Below, piece after piece: positions 1 to 10,893 of a DNA stretch of 64,000 nucleotides. The translations under genes and the position numbers were made by a program. Source of the DNA: a virus; the IMG/VR virus record IMGVR_UViG_3300045988_147264, positions 34,422-98,421 of that record; one strand, 5' to 3'. The notes under the pieces were generated by a model, which did not search any database, had not been told where the DNA came from, and saw only the letters and a list, made by a program, of their open reading frames with translations. Each line of letters opens with the position of its first letter. Positions within the stretch are counted from its first letter, which is position 1.

Positions 1-803
1 GCTCCAAAGATATCCTTATCCTCCATGATAGATTTCTTAAGTTCCTCAAATGATTTACGATTATTGTCATCCTGTTCCCTTCTAGCCTTCTGTTCTTTGT
101 CAACAAGATCCTTATAAATATTCCTATAATATTCCTTGTTGGCGGCGAGAGCTTCTTTTGCATCTTCGATGTCAGTACCGGCATCGAAAGATTTCTTGAG
201 TTCTCGTTTAATCTTGTCTTCTGAATAGCCCCTGTTGAGCATGTCCTGCGCAATGATGTTGCTCCTAAGTTTGTCCGCCTCCTCATCATTCGCTGTTATG
301 TTCTCTTCAGTAATACTATCCAAATATTTAATTATCGACTCGTTTTTCTTAATCTCAGTCGGCTCAACCCCTGCGTTAAGTGCGTCATTGATGCGTTTCT
401 GTGACTCGTCAAAACGAGACTCGATAACCTTATTAATAGCCTCGGCGAAGTCCTCGGCGGTCTTCACTTTGGCAAGATCCTCATCATTAAGGCCAGAAAG
501 AACACCGTCTTTCACAAGTGCGTCAAGCGTGGAAGAGTAGAAGTTTGTTTCGTTGTTAGGAGAAGTCTCGGCACCATGACCGGTTTCCTCCTGGCCGTTC
601 TTAACAACACTACCTACGCTCTCTGGACCGTCGTCTGAGAATAAACTATCTACATCGACTGGCTCCTCGGTCTTGTGTTCCCCGTGTTTTCCTTCACCGC
701 CATCAGTGGTTGACGGTTCACCATTAGTTTCTGTGTTATTGCCAATAAAGAGATTATCAATCTCTTCCGGCGTCTGAATGAAATCAATATTTAATCCTTC
801 CAT
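1..803 (-). CDS. hypothetical protein, partial (ATG at 803, runs off the window start); acidic/coiled-coil rich
   Basis: Uninterrupted minus-strand frame from the ATG (complement of 801-803) to the window edge. The listed plus ORF 235..540 is its low-complexity antisense. Confidence 0.5.
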   Translation of the reverse strand, partial: MEGLNIDFIQTPEEIDNLFIGNNTETNGEPSTTDGGEGKHGEHKTEEPVDVDSLFSDDGPESVGSVVKNGQEETGHGAETSPNNETNFYSSTLDALVKDGVLSGLNDEDLAKVKTAEDFAEAINKVIESRFDESQKRINDALNAGVEPTEIKKNESIIKYLDSITEENITANDEEADKLRSNIIAQDMLNRGYSEDKIKRELKKSFDAGTDIEDAKEALAANKEYYRNIYKDLVDKEQKARREQDDNNRKSFEELKKSIMEDKDIFG

Positions 804-864
804 AAACTCCTAAATTAAAGATTGTTTCGCAAAGATAATCATTTTTAATCAACCAGCACAGAAT

Positions 865-1329
865 CTAACTGCCATCGTTATGAAAGTATGACGTTCTTAG
901 TTTGGTCAACGTCCTCTTTTCTACATAACGTATCGTAGAATTTTCCTTATATTTTACATTACCATACTTGTCGGCCTGTTTTTCCGGATAATGATCATAA
1001 TAGCCATCACCGGCATGCAGCCAACAACGTATACCGGAGTATGCCCCAACAACAAGCAGATAGAGCCACCCGAGACGCCTGCTTTGAAACGTATGTCCAT
1101 ATTCGTGATATAACGTCTCTTCACGTATTATTCCCTTTTTATTACAAAAACAGAACAGATACTTCCCAAGTGAGAAAGACTTACCAGTATTCCGTTGACC
1201 ATAAACAACGAATTTATGGCCCTTGTCGTCCTCATAATAATATTTTATGATAGGCTTGTAAAACATAATACAGAACAGTCCAAGTATGTTCTGAGGTAAT
1301 TGCCATAAATAAAGTAAAAATTCTTTCAT
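865..1329 (-). CDS. hypothetical protein (154 aa), Cys/aromatic rich
   Basis: ORF in operon orientation, abutting the next gene. Confidence 0.4.
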   Translation of the reverse strand: MKEFLLYLWQLPQNILGLFCIMFYKPIIKYYYEDDKGHKFVVYGQRNTGKSFSLGKYLFCFCNKKGIIREETLYHEYGHTFQSRRLGWLYLLVVGAYSGIRCWLHAGDGYYDHYPEKQADKYGNVKYKENSTIRYVEKRTLTKLRTSYFHNDGS

Positions 1330-1330
1330 A

Positions 1331-1795
1331 TTATATTATTGTAATTGTTATTTCCTGGCCTTGTGACACACTTTCATGCATCATCCCATATAGTCGCTCA
1401 AAATAAGCGCGAGAGTTCGCTATACGGCCTTTCTGTGAGTTTATACCAACCCCTATGCAACCAAGCGACTCCTCCGCTGTATTGAATGGATGAATAAGCA
1501 CACCATTATATCCTGGCACGTTGATAAGCCTTGGTATCTTGCCATCACAAAAATCCCTATAATATTTGTTCCACCTGAATTTTGGCGACACAACGTCAAG
1601 TGTTATCTTATATGTGCCGGTCGGAATGGCTGTCTCTCCATATACCTTGAGTTTATTGATTTGTTCTATCGGCATCTTTTGGTTAAGTCCACGATCCTTA
1701 TCCTCAAGTGTGCTTGAAAAATATTTACCGTCAACATATAATTTACCGATAGTATATGTATCGGCCTTGAACACCCTTTTCAATAAAAGTTTCAT
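1331..1795 (-). CDS. putative cell-wall peptidase (YkuD/L,D-peptidase-like catalytic motif)
   Basis: Motif LIHPFNTAEESLGCIGVG (His...Ser-x-Gly-Cys-Ile) resembles the L,D-transpeptidase/DUF5675-type catalytic core. It sits beside membrane proteins at the end of the tail gene block. Confidence 0.35.
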   Translation of the reverse strand: MKLLLKRVFKADTYTIGKLYVDGKYFSSTLEDKDRGLNQKMPIEQINKLKVYGETAIPTGTYKITLDVVSPKFRWNKYYRDFCDGKIPRLINVPGYNGVLIHPFNTAEESLGCIGVGINSQKGRIANSRAYFERLYGMMHESVSQGQEITITII

Positions 1796-1807
1796 ATTGA
1801 TAATTTT

Positions 1808-2554
1808 TTAGCGATAGCGTAATTTCTCAGCGACAGCGTAAGCCGTGCGTTGCTCAACATTGAATGAATTAGGCTTTTCATCGTAAGCGACGACAAGAAA
1901 TGCTATTGGAAGGTGATCTCCTGGTACCAAAAACATAGCGTAATATGTTATGCCAGGAGCAGATAAAAGTCCATATAAATACTTGTCGTTGTCTTTTAAA
2001 TCCTCGACATATCCTTGTGACATTCCTGTTCTGCCGGCATTTTGCGCAGCTTTTATGAATGCCAAATTAATGTCTTTTAGATCTTTGGCGAATGAATTAA
2101 TGTCTTGACGTAATGATTCCATTGATGGACTCGCAAATACGAATGGCATACCTCCAAAACCAACTTGTGTATTGTGTAACTCAAATAATGTGGCAGATCG
2201 AGCACTTGTGTAATTAATGACATTATCAAGGCATTTCTGAATATCTCCGCGAACATCAAGACTTTTCTGAAGCTTTTCTTCATGTACCGCATCTCTTAAA
2301 TTGGTAATGTGGTTCACAAATTTTTTAGGAAACACTAGGACCCACACAGCAATTGCGATAATGCACATCATTGCGAGATTCTTTAATATTCTTTGCCATC
2401 GATATTCTTTGCTAAGCAGCTTAAGACCCTTATCAATCCAAGCCACTATTGCGTTTCCTCTATTAACGAACTTATCGTCACTTGGGATATCTGGACCGTA
2501 ATCAACAGGCTCGTCCATAATCGGCTCCTCTATATCTTCTTTCATATTAGTCAA
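1808..2554 (-). CDS. membrane protein (central TM segment), possible holin/lysis-associated
   Basis: Hydrophobic stretch LAMMCIIAIAVWVLVF. Lies between the peptidase-like and the N-anchored coiled-coil gene. Confidence 0.4.
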   Translation of the reverse strand: MTNMKEDIEEPIMDEPVDYGPDIPSDDKFVNRGNAIVAWIDKGLKLLSKEYRWQRILKNLAMMCIIAIAVWVLVFPKKFVNHITNLRDAVHEEKLQKSLDVRGDIQKCLDNVINYTSARSATLFELHNTQVGFGGMPFVFASPSMESLRQDINSFAKDLKDINLAFIKAAQNAGRTGMSQGYVEDLKDNDKYLYGLLSAPGITYYAMFLVPGDHLPIAFLVVAYDEKPNSFNVEQRTAYAVAEKLRYR

Positions 2555-3182
2555 CTATTTTAATAAACCTTTGTTCGTCCACCTTTATATATGGATTTTT
2601 CTCTACAACTCTACCCTCGACAACGATATGTCGCTTTTGAAATATTCTTCCAATCAAGCACTTTTTGGGTTTACCAACAATTCTCTTTGATGACGATACT
2701 ACAATATACGTATCGCTGTTAAACTCTGGATGTACAGCTATCTTATTAGGATACTCTAAACTCAACGCAAGACTGTACCAATTCTTATCGGTAAGCGTTG
2801 TATCAATCTTCATATCCTTTAAAAATATCGTATCTCTAAGCGTTACGGTATCCTTCTTGGAAGACGTCATTACAAGCCTTGAGATGCTCTCGAGCTCCTT
2901 GTCTTTTACGCGTAATTCTTTGCGTACAGCATTCATTTTTTGGTTAATACTGTCAACAGAGTTATTCAGCGCGTCAATGGTATAATTAAGAACAAGCACA
3001 CTGTCTTTAAGTTCAGAATTAAATAATTCGTAAGCATTTACGTTATTATTGGATTCAGCTAATTTTCTGTTAAGCGCGACATTCTTTTTATATAGTACCG
3101 AAGACGCGACAGATAGCGAAACAATAATAACAATAATTGCCGCATAAATGTAATACCTGATCTTCATGTACTTAGCCTCCAA
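2547..3182 (-). CDS. N-terminally membrane-anchored coiled-coil protein (spanin-like candidate)
   Basis: N-terminal TM segment IYAAIIVIIVSLSVA followed by a long heptad-like K/E/L-rich region. Confidence 0.4.
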   Translation of the reverse strand: MEAKYMKIRYYIYAAIIVIIVSLSVASSVLYKKNVALNRKLAESNNNVNAYELFNSELKDSVLVLNYTIDALNNSVDSINQKMNAVRKELRVKDKELESISRLVMTSSKKDTVTLRDTIFLKDMKIDTTLTDKNWYSLALSLEYPNKIAVHPEFNSDTYIVVSSSKRIVGKPKKCLIGRIFQKRHIVVEGRVVEKNPYIKVDEQRFIKIVD

Positions 3183-3781
3183 TTAACGTTAGACATTATT
3201 GATGAGGTCTGAATACCGCCTTCAGATGTAAAATTAACAATTGTGTTACCAAAATATATGTATTTATCAACTGGCGGATCAGGTGTGTCACCGATTCCAT
3301 CCTGCGATACATTTAACGTTTTGGTTATCACATCGCCATCAGACAAAATAATCTTTATGTCTCTTGAATGAGACGATGTATTAGTGCCAACATTGATTGT
3401 TATTACATATTCATACATAGCGGTCTTTCCAGGATCACCACTAATGAATATATAATTTACACCATCCCAATTAGATAAAATTCCACCGTTTACACGAACG
3501 TTACCAGCCATTGATGTCACAATGGTCTTGACATTTGCCGCGCCGACAATAGTTACCATCGATTCGTTTGCATCAAGATGTTGGGTATATCTTGATATGT
3601 TAAGAACTTCACCGACGCCCTTTTGTTCAAGACTTATAGTCGCATATTTCTTATTATCAAACGATACCCTAAACCGTCCCATTAGTGACTCTCTTCCATT
3701 GTTTGGCGAGGATGTACTAATAATTATATCACTATTTCCTGAACCGGATGTATCGCCGCTCTTAATATAAAAATTACTCAT
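3164..3781 (-). CDS. Ig-like/BACON-like domain structural protein
   Basis: Ser/Thr/Gly/Asn-rich beta-strand pattern. C-terminal SN-x-NW-x-L motif shared with the other BACON-like ORFs. Confidence 0.5.
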   Translation of the reverse strand: MSNFYIKSGDTSGSGNSDIIISTSSPNNGRESLMGRFRVSFDNKKYATISLEQKGVGEVLNISRYTQHLDANESMVTIVGAANVKTIVTSMAGNVRVNGGILSNWDGVNYIFISGDPGKTAMYEYVITINVGTNTSSHSRDIKIILSDGDVITKTLNVSQDGIGDTPDPPVDKYIYFGNTIVNFTSEGGIQTSSIMSNVNWRLST

Positions 3782-3832
3782 GTAGCTATTATATTAAGGG
3801 ACGAGCATAACCCGTCCCCAGTGTTAAACAAA

Positions 3833-4498
3833 TTAAACAGTTGTAAGTGTCCAGGCAATATTGGAAGATATCTTTGCGTTGGTTGACGGTGTACCGTCTG
3901 CGGCAATGCGAATAAATGCTATCTCTGATCCCTGACTATTCGTAAATTTAAGATACTTTTCAGCTCCTGCCTGATTAATATCTCCAGTACCGACGATAGA
4001 TGCCGTCGTTGCTGATGTTATTGTTACAGGATACTTTACAATAGACACAGACGCATTCGCGGGAATCGTTACAACCATTGTTACGGTATACTGAGCCGTG
4101 GCTCCAGGGTCCCCCGTAGGTGTAACAGTAATATTATTTGTACCAGACAGTGAAACGGCAGAATCATTAACGCTGATGCTTTTGATTACAGGAATTTGTG
4201 AAGAATATCCTGTAGGTGCATCAACCCTTGCAATAAATGACTTACTATTTGACGTAAACACAACATTTACGTTACCGCCATCCTTAACAGCGGTTCCGAC
4301 AGAAGAGATTTTTATGAACTCTGTTGCTCCTTCCTGAGTAATTTCAAGGTTGTTGCTTGATGTTAATGTTCCGTCTGTTTCTTTTGCAGAAATGTTTACT
4401 GTACGAGAGTTTCGTCCGGTATTTTTAGTCGTGCTTATAGTCAACGTGACGTCTCCAGAACCGGAGTCAGGTGTGATTGTTGCAAAATTAGTTACCAT
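3833..4498 (-). CDS. Ig-like/BACON-like domain structural protein
   Basis: Pattern TITPDSGSGDVTLTISTT...ISAKETDGTL...ITQEGA and C-terminal SSNIAWTL. A paralog of 3164..3781. Confidence 0.5.
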   Translation of the reverse strand: MVTNFATITPDSGSGDVTLTISTTKNTGRNSRTVNISAKETDGTLTSSNNLEITQEGATEFIKISSVGTAVKDGGNVNVVFTSNSKSFIARVDAPTGYSSQIPVIKSISVNDSAVSLSGTNNITVTPTGDPGATAQYTVTMVVTIPANASVSIVKYPVTITSATTASIVGTGDINQAGAEKYLKFTNSQGSEIAFIRIAADGTPSTNAKISSNIAWTLTTV

Positions 4499-4512
4499 AT
4501 ATATGTATATAA

Positions 4513-7470
4513 TTATGTTGTTGCTATGTCTCTAAAGTAACACCAAACAGCTACATAGCCAGTCCTGTTTGGCCAAACCTTGTCGAGAACTTGCTGAAGT
4601 GTGCAAGAATTCTGTAACCCAGAAAGATTAAAATCAATAAACGAATATATTTCAGGATTACGTGACTCTGCATTAAACAAGCTTACGCCAAATATCGGTT
4701 CAACTCGACCGGTTGATTCATCAATCTGTTTTATAACATCAGATAGATTACTGTCTGTAGCTGTTGCTATAAATGGTTGATTCGATGTATCGGTCCAGAA
4801 TTTTTGGTTATTCGGCAACTGTACTACGGTCGTCGCGCCGAACGTTGTATAACAGTAAAGCCTATGGCTATTCGCATTCATATACACGTCCATAGTGGTA
4901 TCCTTGTTAAGTGGAGGAACCGATTGCGTTTTTGTATCAAAACCAGTGGCGCTCAATCTTATACTATAAGACTTGCCGCCTTCAAGATTTGCAAATGAGG
5001 CTCTGTTTTCTGTACCTGAAAGATTTGGTGCCGAACTTGTTGACTGCAATACACTACCGCTTGCATCAATAAGATCAATATTAATTGGTTCCAGTATTGG
5101 ATCTGTTAAGTTGATATTAAGACTATAATATTCCTTGTTCTCATAGGCGTTCTGAATAATTGTTTTCTCGTCTGTAGGTGTTCCTGGATATGATTTATAT
5201 ATACCAATAACATGTCTAGTTTCCTCCACGGCATTAGGCTGGCTAAGCATTGTCACAGTATATGTGGTATCATAATCATTCGACGGAGACATATTCACAT
5301 AAGAGAACGTGTCAGAACTTATTGATGACTTTGGATAATACAGTTTTGATGTTCTATAAAGATTGAATGTACTTGTACCAGCCACGTCTGTCGGGCTTAA
5401 ATTTGAGCCATTAGGAATACCGTTACTTGGATTAGGTTCACTCATAAACGCCCAGTCTTCCTTAATGACGGATCCGACGTTATATGACATCTTTTTGTCA
5501 ACAAGGCGCACAACACCAGTTCTTGCTGACAATGACGTATTATGCGAAAAATCAAGTCTATATACTGGAGAAGAGGTACCACTGTCAACAGGAGTGATCC
5601 AATCATCGTCGGATACAACTTGGTATCCAATGTTGTTCTGGTCTGTTATTGTTGGTATCAACGACGTCTCGTCCGCTTTTATGGTTTCCAGAGCTTTCAG
5701 TGACCAATATGGTGTAAGATAAGCTGCGAATGAATCCTGAATAATTGTTGTTGATTTAGAGTATTCACCTAGTCCATCTGTACGTGTTCCTGTGACTGTT
5801 ATTGTAGAAGTCTTGGCATATTGTTCCGGATTCGTAGCATAATTGAACGTGATAACATTAGAGTTGTCTTCAACATCTGTAGTTAGAATCATATTGCCAA
5901 CCACCGTGACAACAGGGTTTTTTATTCCTGTGTATTCATATGGAAGTTTAAATGTTCCATAATCACAACTTAAATGAATATTTTCTCGCTCGAACTTTAC
6001 GTCTGCCGGAACATATGTAACTGTAACGATATAATGTTTATACGTAGAATCAACCGCGCACCTTATTATAACGGTTGAATTATCAGCGCCTGGCTTAACA
6101 GTAAGAACTCCATTATTATTTATAGATGCATATGAGTCTCCTAAACCAATACTCCATGCACAATCTGTTGCACTTGTGCCATTGAGCCAATTAATTGAAT
6201 ATGTGGCTGAATTTTTAGTATTGTTTACAACCTTTTCTCCGCTAATATTCCATGTACCTGTAGGACTGCTGTATACAGAAAACCGTCTTGATCCTACTAT
6301 ACTTTTGTTGTCAGTACTCTGAGCGATAACAGTAACGCCGCCTCCTGTGGCTTTGAAAGAAATATTACATATTGAAGGATCATCTGTATTTGGTGTTAAC
6401 GTCGCATAATCAGCTCCGGACGAGATCGCCCAACTAATATTTTTTTGCGTTGTATTAGCAGGAGACAACACTGCTTGAATATCACTATCTCCGTAAACAA
6501 ATTCAGAACCGTTGATGGATATTGAGTTTACCGGAACTTCCGCCTCTTGAGTTATCTTTGTTGACTGGAATGTTATCAATTCTTCAGTACTGCTCAAAAT
6601 GGCTGGATTTACAGCCGCTGATGTAGTGTAATTGGTTGTGTATTTCTCAGAAGTTGTAGCACCGTTTACAAGCGTGCAAGTAAACACCTGATTATTCAGC
6701 ATTACACGAACATCCATGCTTCCAGCATGTGCTTCAGAAGTCACCCAATACTCCAATTGATTTTCAGAGATTCTCTTCCAATGAAGATTTACCGTTGGAA
6801 CAGGAGTATCAACATATACACCACAAACTGCTGTTACATAATCAGCCGGCGTTAAATCATTCGTGAATGGCTTGTCAGAAGCATCAACATAAAAATAGTG
6901 ATAACCTGGCTCAAAACCATATACAACATTAGGCATTCCATCATAAGAATTATTATCTCCTTCGGTATAATAGAACGACATTTCCCAAAGATATTTTGAC
7001 GTGCCGCCAGAATAATATTCATCTGTCGCTTGAGTATATTTATCAGTAGAGAATTCTGTGCCATTTAATTGAAGAGCGTTTTCTGGATCATCTTCGTTAA
7101 TTATCGATCCATCAAACGAATTTGAGTACGATACCCAGTTATCATCATCAGAAAACCTATAACGTATGTATTGTCCATTGCTATAACCAGAAAAGTCGAT
7201 GTTATATGGTTCATAATAACCAACGACTTGCCTTTTTTCTGTAAGAGAATTATCCACAAATAACGGCACAAACTCTTGCTGTAATTCAATAACTTGGGGC
7301 AATTCACCTTCACTTCCTTGAAGCGTCATCTGTTGTTTAACAACGCTTCTATCTTTTGATTTATTAGCTGAAATAACTAACGGCAGGTCGCCGATCCCAG
7401 TACCGTCAAAAGTACCGGGCTCGACTCCTTCACCATTATATTTCAGGATTTTGAACCTGCCTGCATCCAT
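4513..7470 (-). CDS. tail fibre/tail spike-like protein (985 aa) with bacterial Ig-like (Big_2-like) domain
   Basis: Segment ISINGSEFVYGDSDIQAVLSPANTTQKNISWAISSGADYATLTP...ATGGGVTVIAQS resembles Big_2. The protein is large and Ser/Thr/Asn/Tyr rich. Confidence 0.55.
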   Translation of the reverse strand: MDAGRFKILKYNGEGVEPGTFDGTGIGDLPLVISANKSKDRSVVKQQMTLQGSEGELPQVIELQQEFVPLFVDNSLTEKRQVVGYYEPYNIDFSGYSNGQYIRYRFSDDDNWVSYSNSFDGSIINEDDPENALQLNGTEFSTDKYTQATDEYYSGGTSKYLWEMSFYYTEGDNNSYDGMPNVVYGFEPGYHYFYVDASDKPFTNDLTPADYVTAVCGVYVDTPVPTVNLHWKRISENQLEYWVTSEAHAGSMDVRVMLNNQVFTCTLVNGATTSEKYTTNYTTSAAVNPAILSSTEELITFQSTKITQEAEVPVNSISINGSEFVYGDSDIQAVLSPANTTQKNISWAISSGADYATLTPNTDDPSICNISFKATGGGVTVIAQSTDNKSIVGSRRFSVYSSPTGTWNISGEKVVNNTKNSATYSINWLNGTSATDCAWSIGLGDSYASINNNGVLTVKPGADNSTVIIRCAVDSTYKHYIVTVTYVPADVKFERENIHLSCDYGTFKLPYEYTGIKNPVVTVVGNMILTTDVEDNSNVITFNYATNPEQYAKTSTITVTGTRTDGLGEYSKSTTIIQDSFAAYLTPYWSLKALETIKADETSLIPTITDQNNIGYQVVSDDDWITPVDSGTSSPVYRLDFSHNTSLSARTGVVRLVDKKMSYNVGSVIKEDWAFMSEPNPSNGIPNGSNLSPTDVAGTSTFNLYRTSKLYYPKSSISSDTFSYVNMSPSNDYDTTYTVTMLSQPNAVEETRHVIGIYKSYPGTPTDEKTIIQNAYENKEYYSLNINLTDPILEPINIDLIDASGSVLQSTSSAPNLSGTENRASFANLEGGKSYSIRLSATGFDTKTQSVPPLNKDTTMDVYMNANSHRLYCYTTFGATTVVQLPNNQKFWTDTSNQPFIATATDSNLSDVIKQIDESTGRVEPIFGVSLFNAESRNPEIYSFIDFNLSGLQNSCTLQQVLDKVWPNRTGYVAVWCYFRDIATT

Positions 7471-7476
7471 ATATTA

Positions 7477-10400
7477 TTAGATTGTGTGAATATAACATTT
7501 AAGCGACCCGCTCGAATATAGTGGAAGACTATTATCTGTTCGCGTTTTTCCGGTTATAAAGATATTTATAATATGATCGGTATCGCTATTAAAATATCCT
7601 TGTCTCATATCGTGTAGATGGGCAACAAAAAATAGCGTAGTATCCATATAGCCGCTTGTACTAGAGCTTTCCGCCATTGCCGCTTCTAGTTTAGCCATTA
7701 CACTAACGGTATAAGCGGCATTTGATACAGGAACGTAATTGAATGTCGCGTTACAATATACAGGAACACTATTTTTATGCAAAGCATACATTGTTTCTAT
7801 AGAATCAGTATCAACTTCGTAAGTGGTATTACCTGGTGATATTATTCCAGAATGCGTGTATACATATGGATTCACAATAGGAACCAGTCCTCTTATCTTA
7901 TCAGTTATTACATTAACAGAATTCTGGGTTACTGTAATGCCGCTATTAGATGTTAATATGTCAAGCACTGTGTCTCCAGAGCCGCCAATAAGACAATGAT
8001 TACTTTCGGTCAGCGAGCCAAACGATGCCATGTTTTTACCAATAAATACAGATGGATTTACATAAACACCGAATGTAGCCCCTGCATCAAAAGACACATT
8101 TGCCTGATTTATATAAGCAGAATAAGAACTAGGTTGACTATACGAATGTGTTACTGAAATTGATATTGTGCATCCAGTAGTACCAGCATAATACAGGTTT
8201 CCTATTTTATTAAAAATTAGCGGAACCTGCTTTACTTGATATACTGGTCCGTTGATTTGAACGCTTCCCGAAGCCATAATGTAATTTCTAGAACCAATTT
8301 TAGCATTTACTGTTACGCTAAAATTATTTACAGACGGCATTTCTGGATATGTATCCGCTGCATTACTTGACGAACTAGCTCTTATTATAAGATTATTGCA
8401 TAACAAGTCGTATAAATATTGGCCAGATGGTGCTATTACAAATGTGCCTACCGTATATACATTAGTTAAGCTACTTACTGTGCTTTGTGTGGTTCTTCTG
8501 GTAAAAAACGTGGTTCCAGAATCTACCTCCAATTTATATGCGTTTGCAGAATAATAATCATAACTTATTGTCTTAGATGGATCTATAACAGTTACTATCT
8601 TATTATTACTGTCTTTAGACTCAAACCTATTATCTTGTATAGTTATTCGTTCCCCGGTTTCAGAGGTTCTCACTTTCTTTGCGACAAGATCATCAGTATT
8701 AATCTTATCAGCATTAATCTTCGTAGCGTTTAAATTAATGGCTTGAATAAGGTTTGACACAACCTGCTGACTAAACAAGAAATCTGTCGCTATGTTCGCA
8801 TATTGCCCTTGGAACGCAGACCAATAAGCCTTACCCTCATCTGTATCTGGTTGAGGTGTACTCTCGTTGACAAATTTCTTTGTCTGAATAGCCATGTAAT
8901 ACTTACCGTCAACTGCTCCAGCTGACGTAAAGTAAACTATATCTACTATAATCGAGTCGTCTGTTTCGGTTCCGGTGTATAACCCATCGTTCTTCCATAC
9001 ACCTTTATATGTGACAACAGATGGTTTTGTCTTTCCATCCTTGCCGTCAAAACCACATCTGGCATAACTGATAGAGTATGTCACGGTTTCATCAGACCAT
9101 GTATAAATAATCTTTGTCCACAGATACTGACCAGGAAGGCCCTCAATAGGAGTTGAGTCTTCAAGATGCGCAGGCTCTGTCCAAGATTCATCTGAAGGGA
9201 TGACATGATTCATCGTGATCGCATATGAGTATTTTGTATCAACAATTTTAGGCGTTGAACCATCCTCAATGACATAGATGTCTTCAGCGTCCCAGAGAAT
9301 ATCGTTTACCTCGAATTCAAATCTGATTTTGCGACTTATTGTAGATGTATCAATAGCTCCTGTATAAACCTGCCTGTCGTTTGAGTCAATCTTATAATAA
9401 AGGGTTCCATCTGTGGTCTCTTCCTTCTTGGCGCCAACAACCTTGATTTTTTTGCAGGAAATTGTTAAATCACTGATTGAGCCGTCACTAAACTTCTTAA
9501 TTGCATTCGTGGATGGTTCTATCTTATACAGAACAGCATCAGCTCCTGGCTCTCCAGCCTTCACACAGTTTACTTTAAAAAACAAAAGTTTTACATACTG
9601 TGTTTCATTTACTGTGGCTTTTACTGTGATATCAACGTTAAACGATGTCAACTCAACGCCTTTTTGCCATGAAACTGAAATTGCGCCTGTTGCTTTATTA
9701 GGGACAACAACAACATTGTTCGCAAAATCTGTCTTTGTTACGACAGCTGTAAGGCTATCAAGCGTTAGTTTCTGAGAACCATACCACATTGACGCTATTG
9801 GGGTATACGATGCAGCTGCTGTTGTTTTTCCGTCATAAGTAAGTGCAATTGACTCTATCTCATTATCAAGGTCGGCAACGATCACAGATTCACCCTGCTC
9901 TCCAATAACCTCTTGCCAGTTGTAATCCTCTGGTCTCTGGCTGTCAGGATGATTGCTTGGGTTTTCAGAATAATCGACATATGTTCCCATATATCTATAT
10001 CTCTGCCCCTTCGGCTTTTGTGTCGTGAAGTTTTCATAATCAGGAGCCAATGTGTTTGCCCATGCTATATGTAGACACGCCGAGTCACCTTTGACTCTAA
10101 CCTTGCCTACATTGGTAAATCCGTTATGATTCTTGTCGTTCTCAAGAGGAGTTCCTGTATAAACCCACAGATCTTCACCAATAATATAACCGTCATTTTC
10201 TGAAGGCGTAGGAGATGTCGGCAAATCATCTATACTAGCAAGTGACCCTTTAATATTCACGGATTTTCCATTCTTGCCGTCATTACCGTTCTTACCAATA
10301 TAAGTAACAGTATAAACAACTGATGTTGTGTTGTCGGTATATGTAGTAGTTGTTCTCGACCATAGGTATTTACCCCCAACGATATCAGGACTTGTTTTTG

Positions 10401-10893
10401 ACCAACCACTTGCTGGCGGATTGTTTCCTTGATCGGATAGAACATATTCCACCAGACTAGATTTGATCCCACGCCCATCCGTTCCATCCTTAGCCGTCAG
10501 TGGCCATATATTCCAAGAACCACCAGTCTCCTTAAGTGCGGCCCAGTGATCATCGCTTGTTTGCGGAGCGGCATGCCACAAATCTGGTGCCCTATCCGGG
10601 TCAAGCGGCGCATCCTTTGACGCGACTGTTGAGTAACGCCATGTAAGTAATGCTTCACCGCCTCCGGCGACTTTAGCGTCAGTATATTTCTTCGCCTCAT
10701 CGAGGGTCATCTTGTCTTGAGAATCGACATAGTTTTTCTCTACGCCGCCAGTTGACGATCCCAACTCGAGGTCATCCACAACCTTACAGAGCGTCTCCTG
10801 AAGGCTGTTACCAGTGATCGCTTGTCTTGTATTCGTATACACGCGATCCTTTATGTAATTCTTAATTTGAGTTTTTGTTGCCATATATATCAA
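7477..10893 (-). CDS. large tail protein (1138 aa)
   Basis: Uninterrupted 3.4 kb frame in the tail module with beta-rich composition. Confidence 0.5.
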   Translation of the reverse strand: MIYMATKTQIKNYIKDRVYTNTRQAITGNSLQETLCKVVDDLELGSSTGGVEKNYVDSQDKMTLDEAKKYTDAKVAGGGEALLTWRYSTVASKDAPLDPDRAPDLWHAAPQTSDDHWAALKETGGSWNIWPLTAKDGTDGRGIKSSLVEYVLSDQGNNPPASGWSKTSPDIVGGKYLWSRTTTTYTDNTTSVVYTVTYIGKNGNDGKNGKSVNIKGSLASIDDLPTSPTPSENDGYIIGEDLWVYTGTPLENDKNHNGFTNVGKVRVKGDSACLHIAWANTLAPDYENFTTQKPKGQRYRYMGTYVDYSENPSNHPDSQRPEDYNWQEVIGEQGESVIVADLDNEIESIALTYDGKTTAAASYTPIASMWYGSQKLTLDSLTAVVTKTDFANNVVVVPNKATGAISVSWQKGVELTSFNVDITVKATVNETQYVKLLFFKVNCVKAGEPGADAVLYKIEPSTNAIKKFSDGSISDLTISCKKIKVVGAKKEETTDGTLYYKIDSNDRQVYTGAIDTSTISRKIRFEFEVNDILWDAEDIYVIEDGSTPKIVDTKYSYAITMNHVIPSDESWTEPAHLEDSTPIEGLPGQYLWTKIIYTWSDETVTYSISYARCGFDGKDGKTKPSVVTYKGVWKNDGLYTGTETDDSIIVDIVYFTSAGAVDGKYYMAIQTKKFVNESTPQPDTDEGKAYWSAFQGQYANIATDFLFSQQVVSNLIQAINLNATKINADKINTDDLVAKKVRTSETGERITIQDNRFESKDSNNKIVTVIDPSKTISYDYYSANAYKLEVDSGTTFFTRRTTQSTVSSLTNVYTVGTFVIAPSGQYLYDLLCNNLIIRASSSSNAADTYPEMPSVNNFSVTVNAKIGSRNYIMASGSVQINGPVYQVKQVPLIFNKIGNLYYAGTTGCTISISVTHSYSQPSSYSAYINQANVSFDAGATFGVYVNPSVFIGKNMASFGSLTESNHCLIGGSGDTVLDILTSNSGITVTQNSVNVITDKIRGLVPIVNPYVYTHSGIISPGNTTYEVDTDSIETMYALHKNSVPVYCNATFNYVPVSNAAYTVSVMAKLEAAMAESSSTSGYMDTTLFFVAHLHDMRQGYFNSDTDHIINIFITGKTRTDNSLPLYSSGSLKCYIHTI

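Noticed and set aside
235-540. Plus-strand ORF of 101 aa, low complexity (Ser/Leu/Ala runs)
   Set aside because: It is the antisense of the uninterrupted minus-strand gene that starts at 803 and leaves the window. Its composition is not protein-like.
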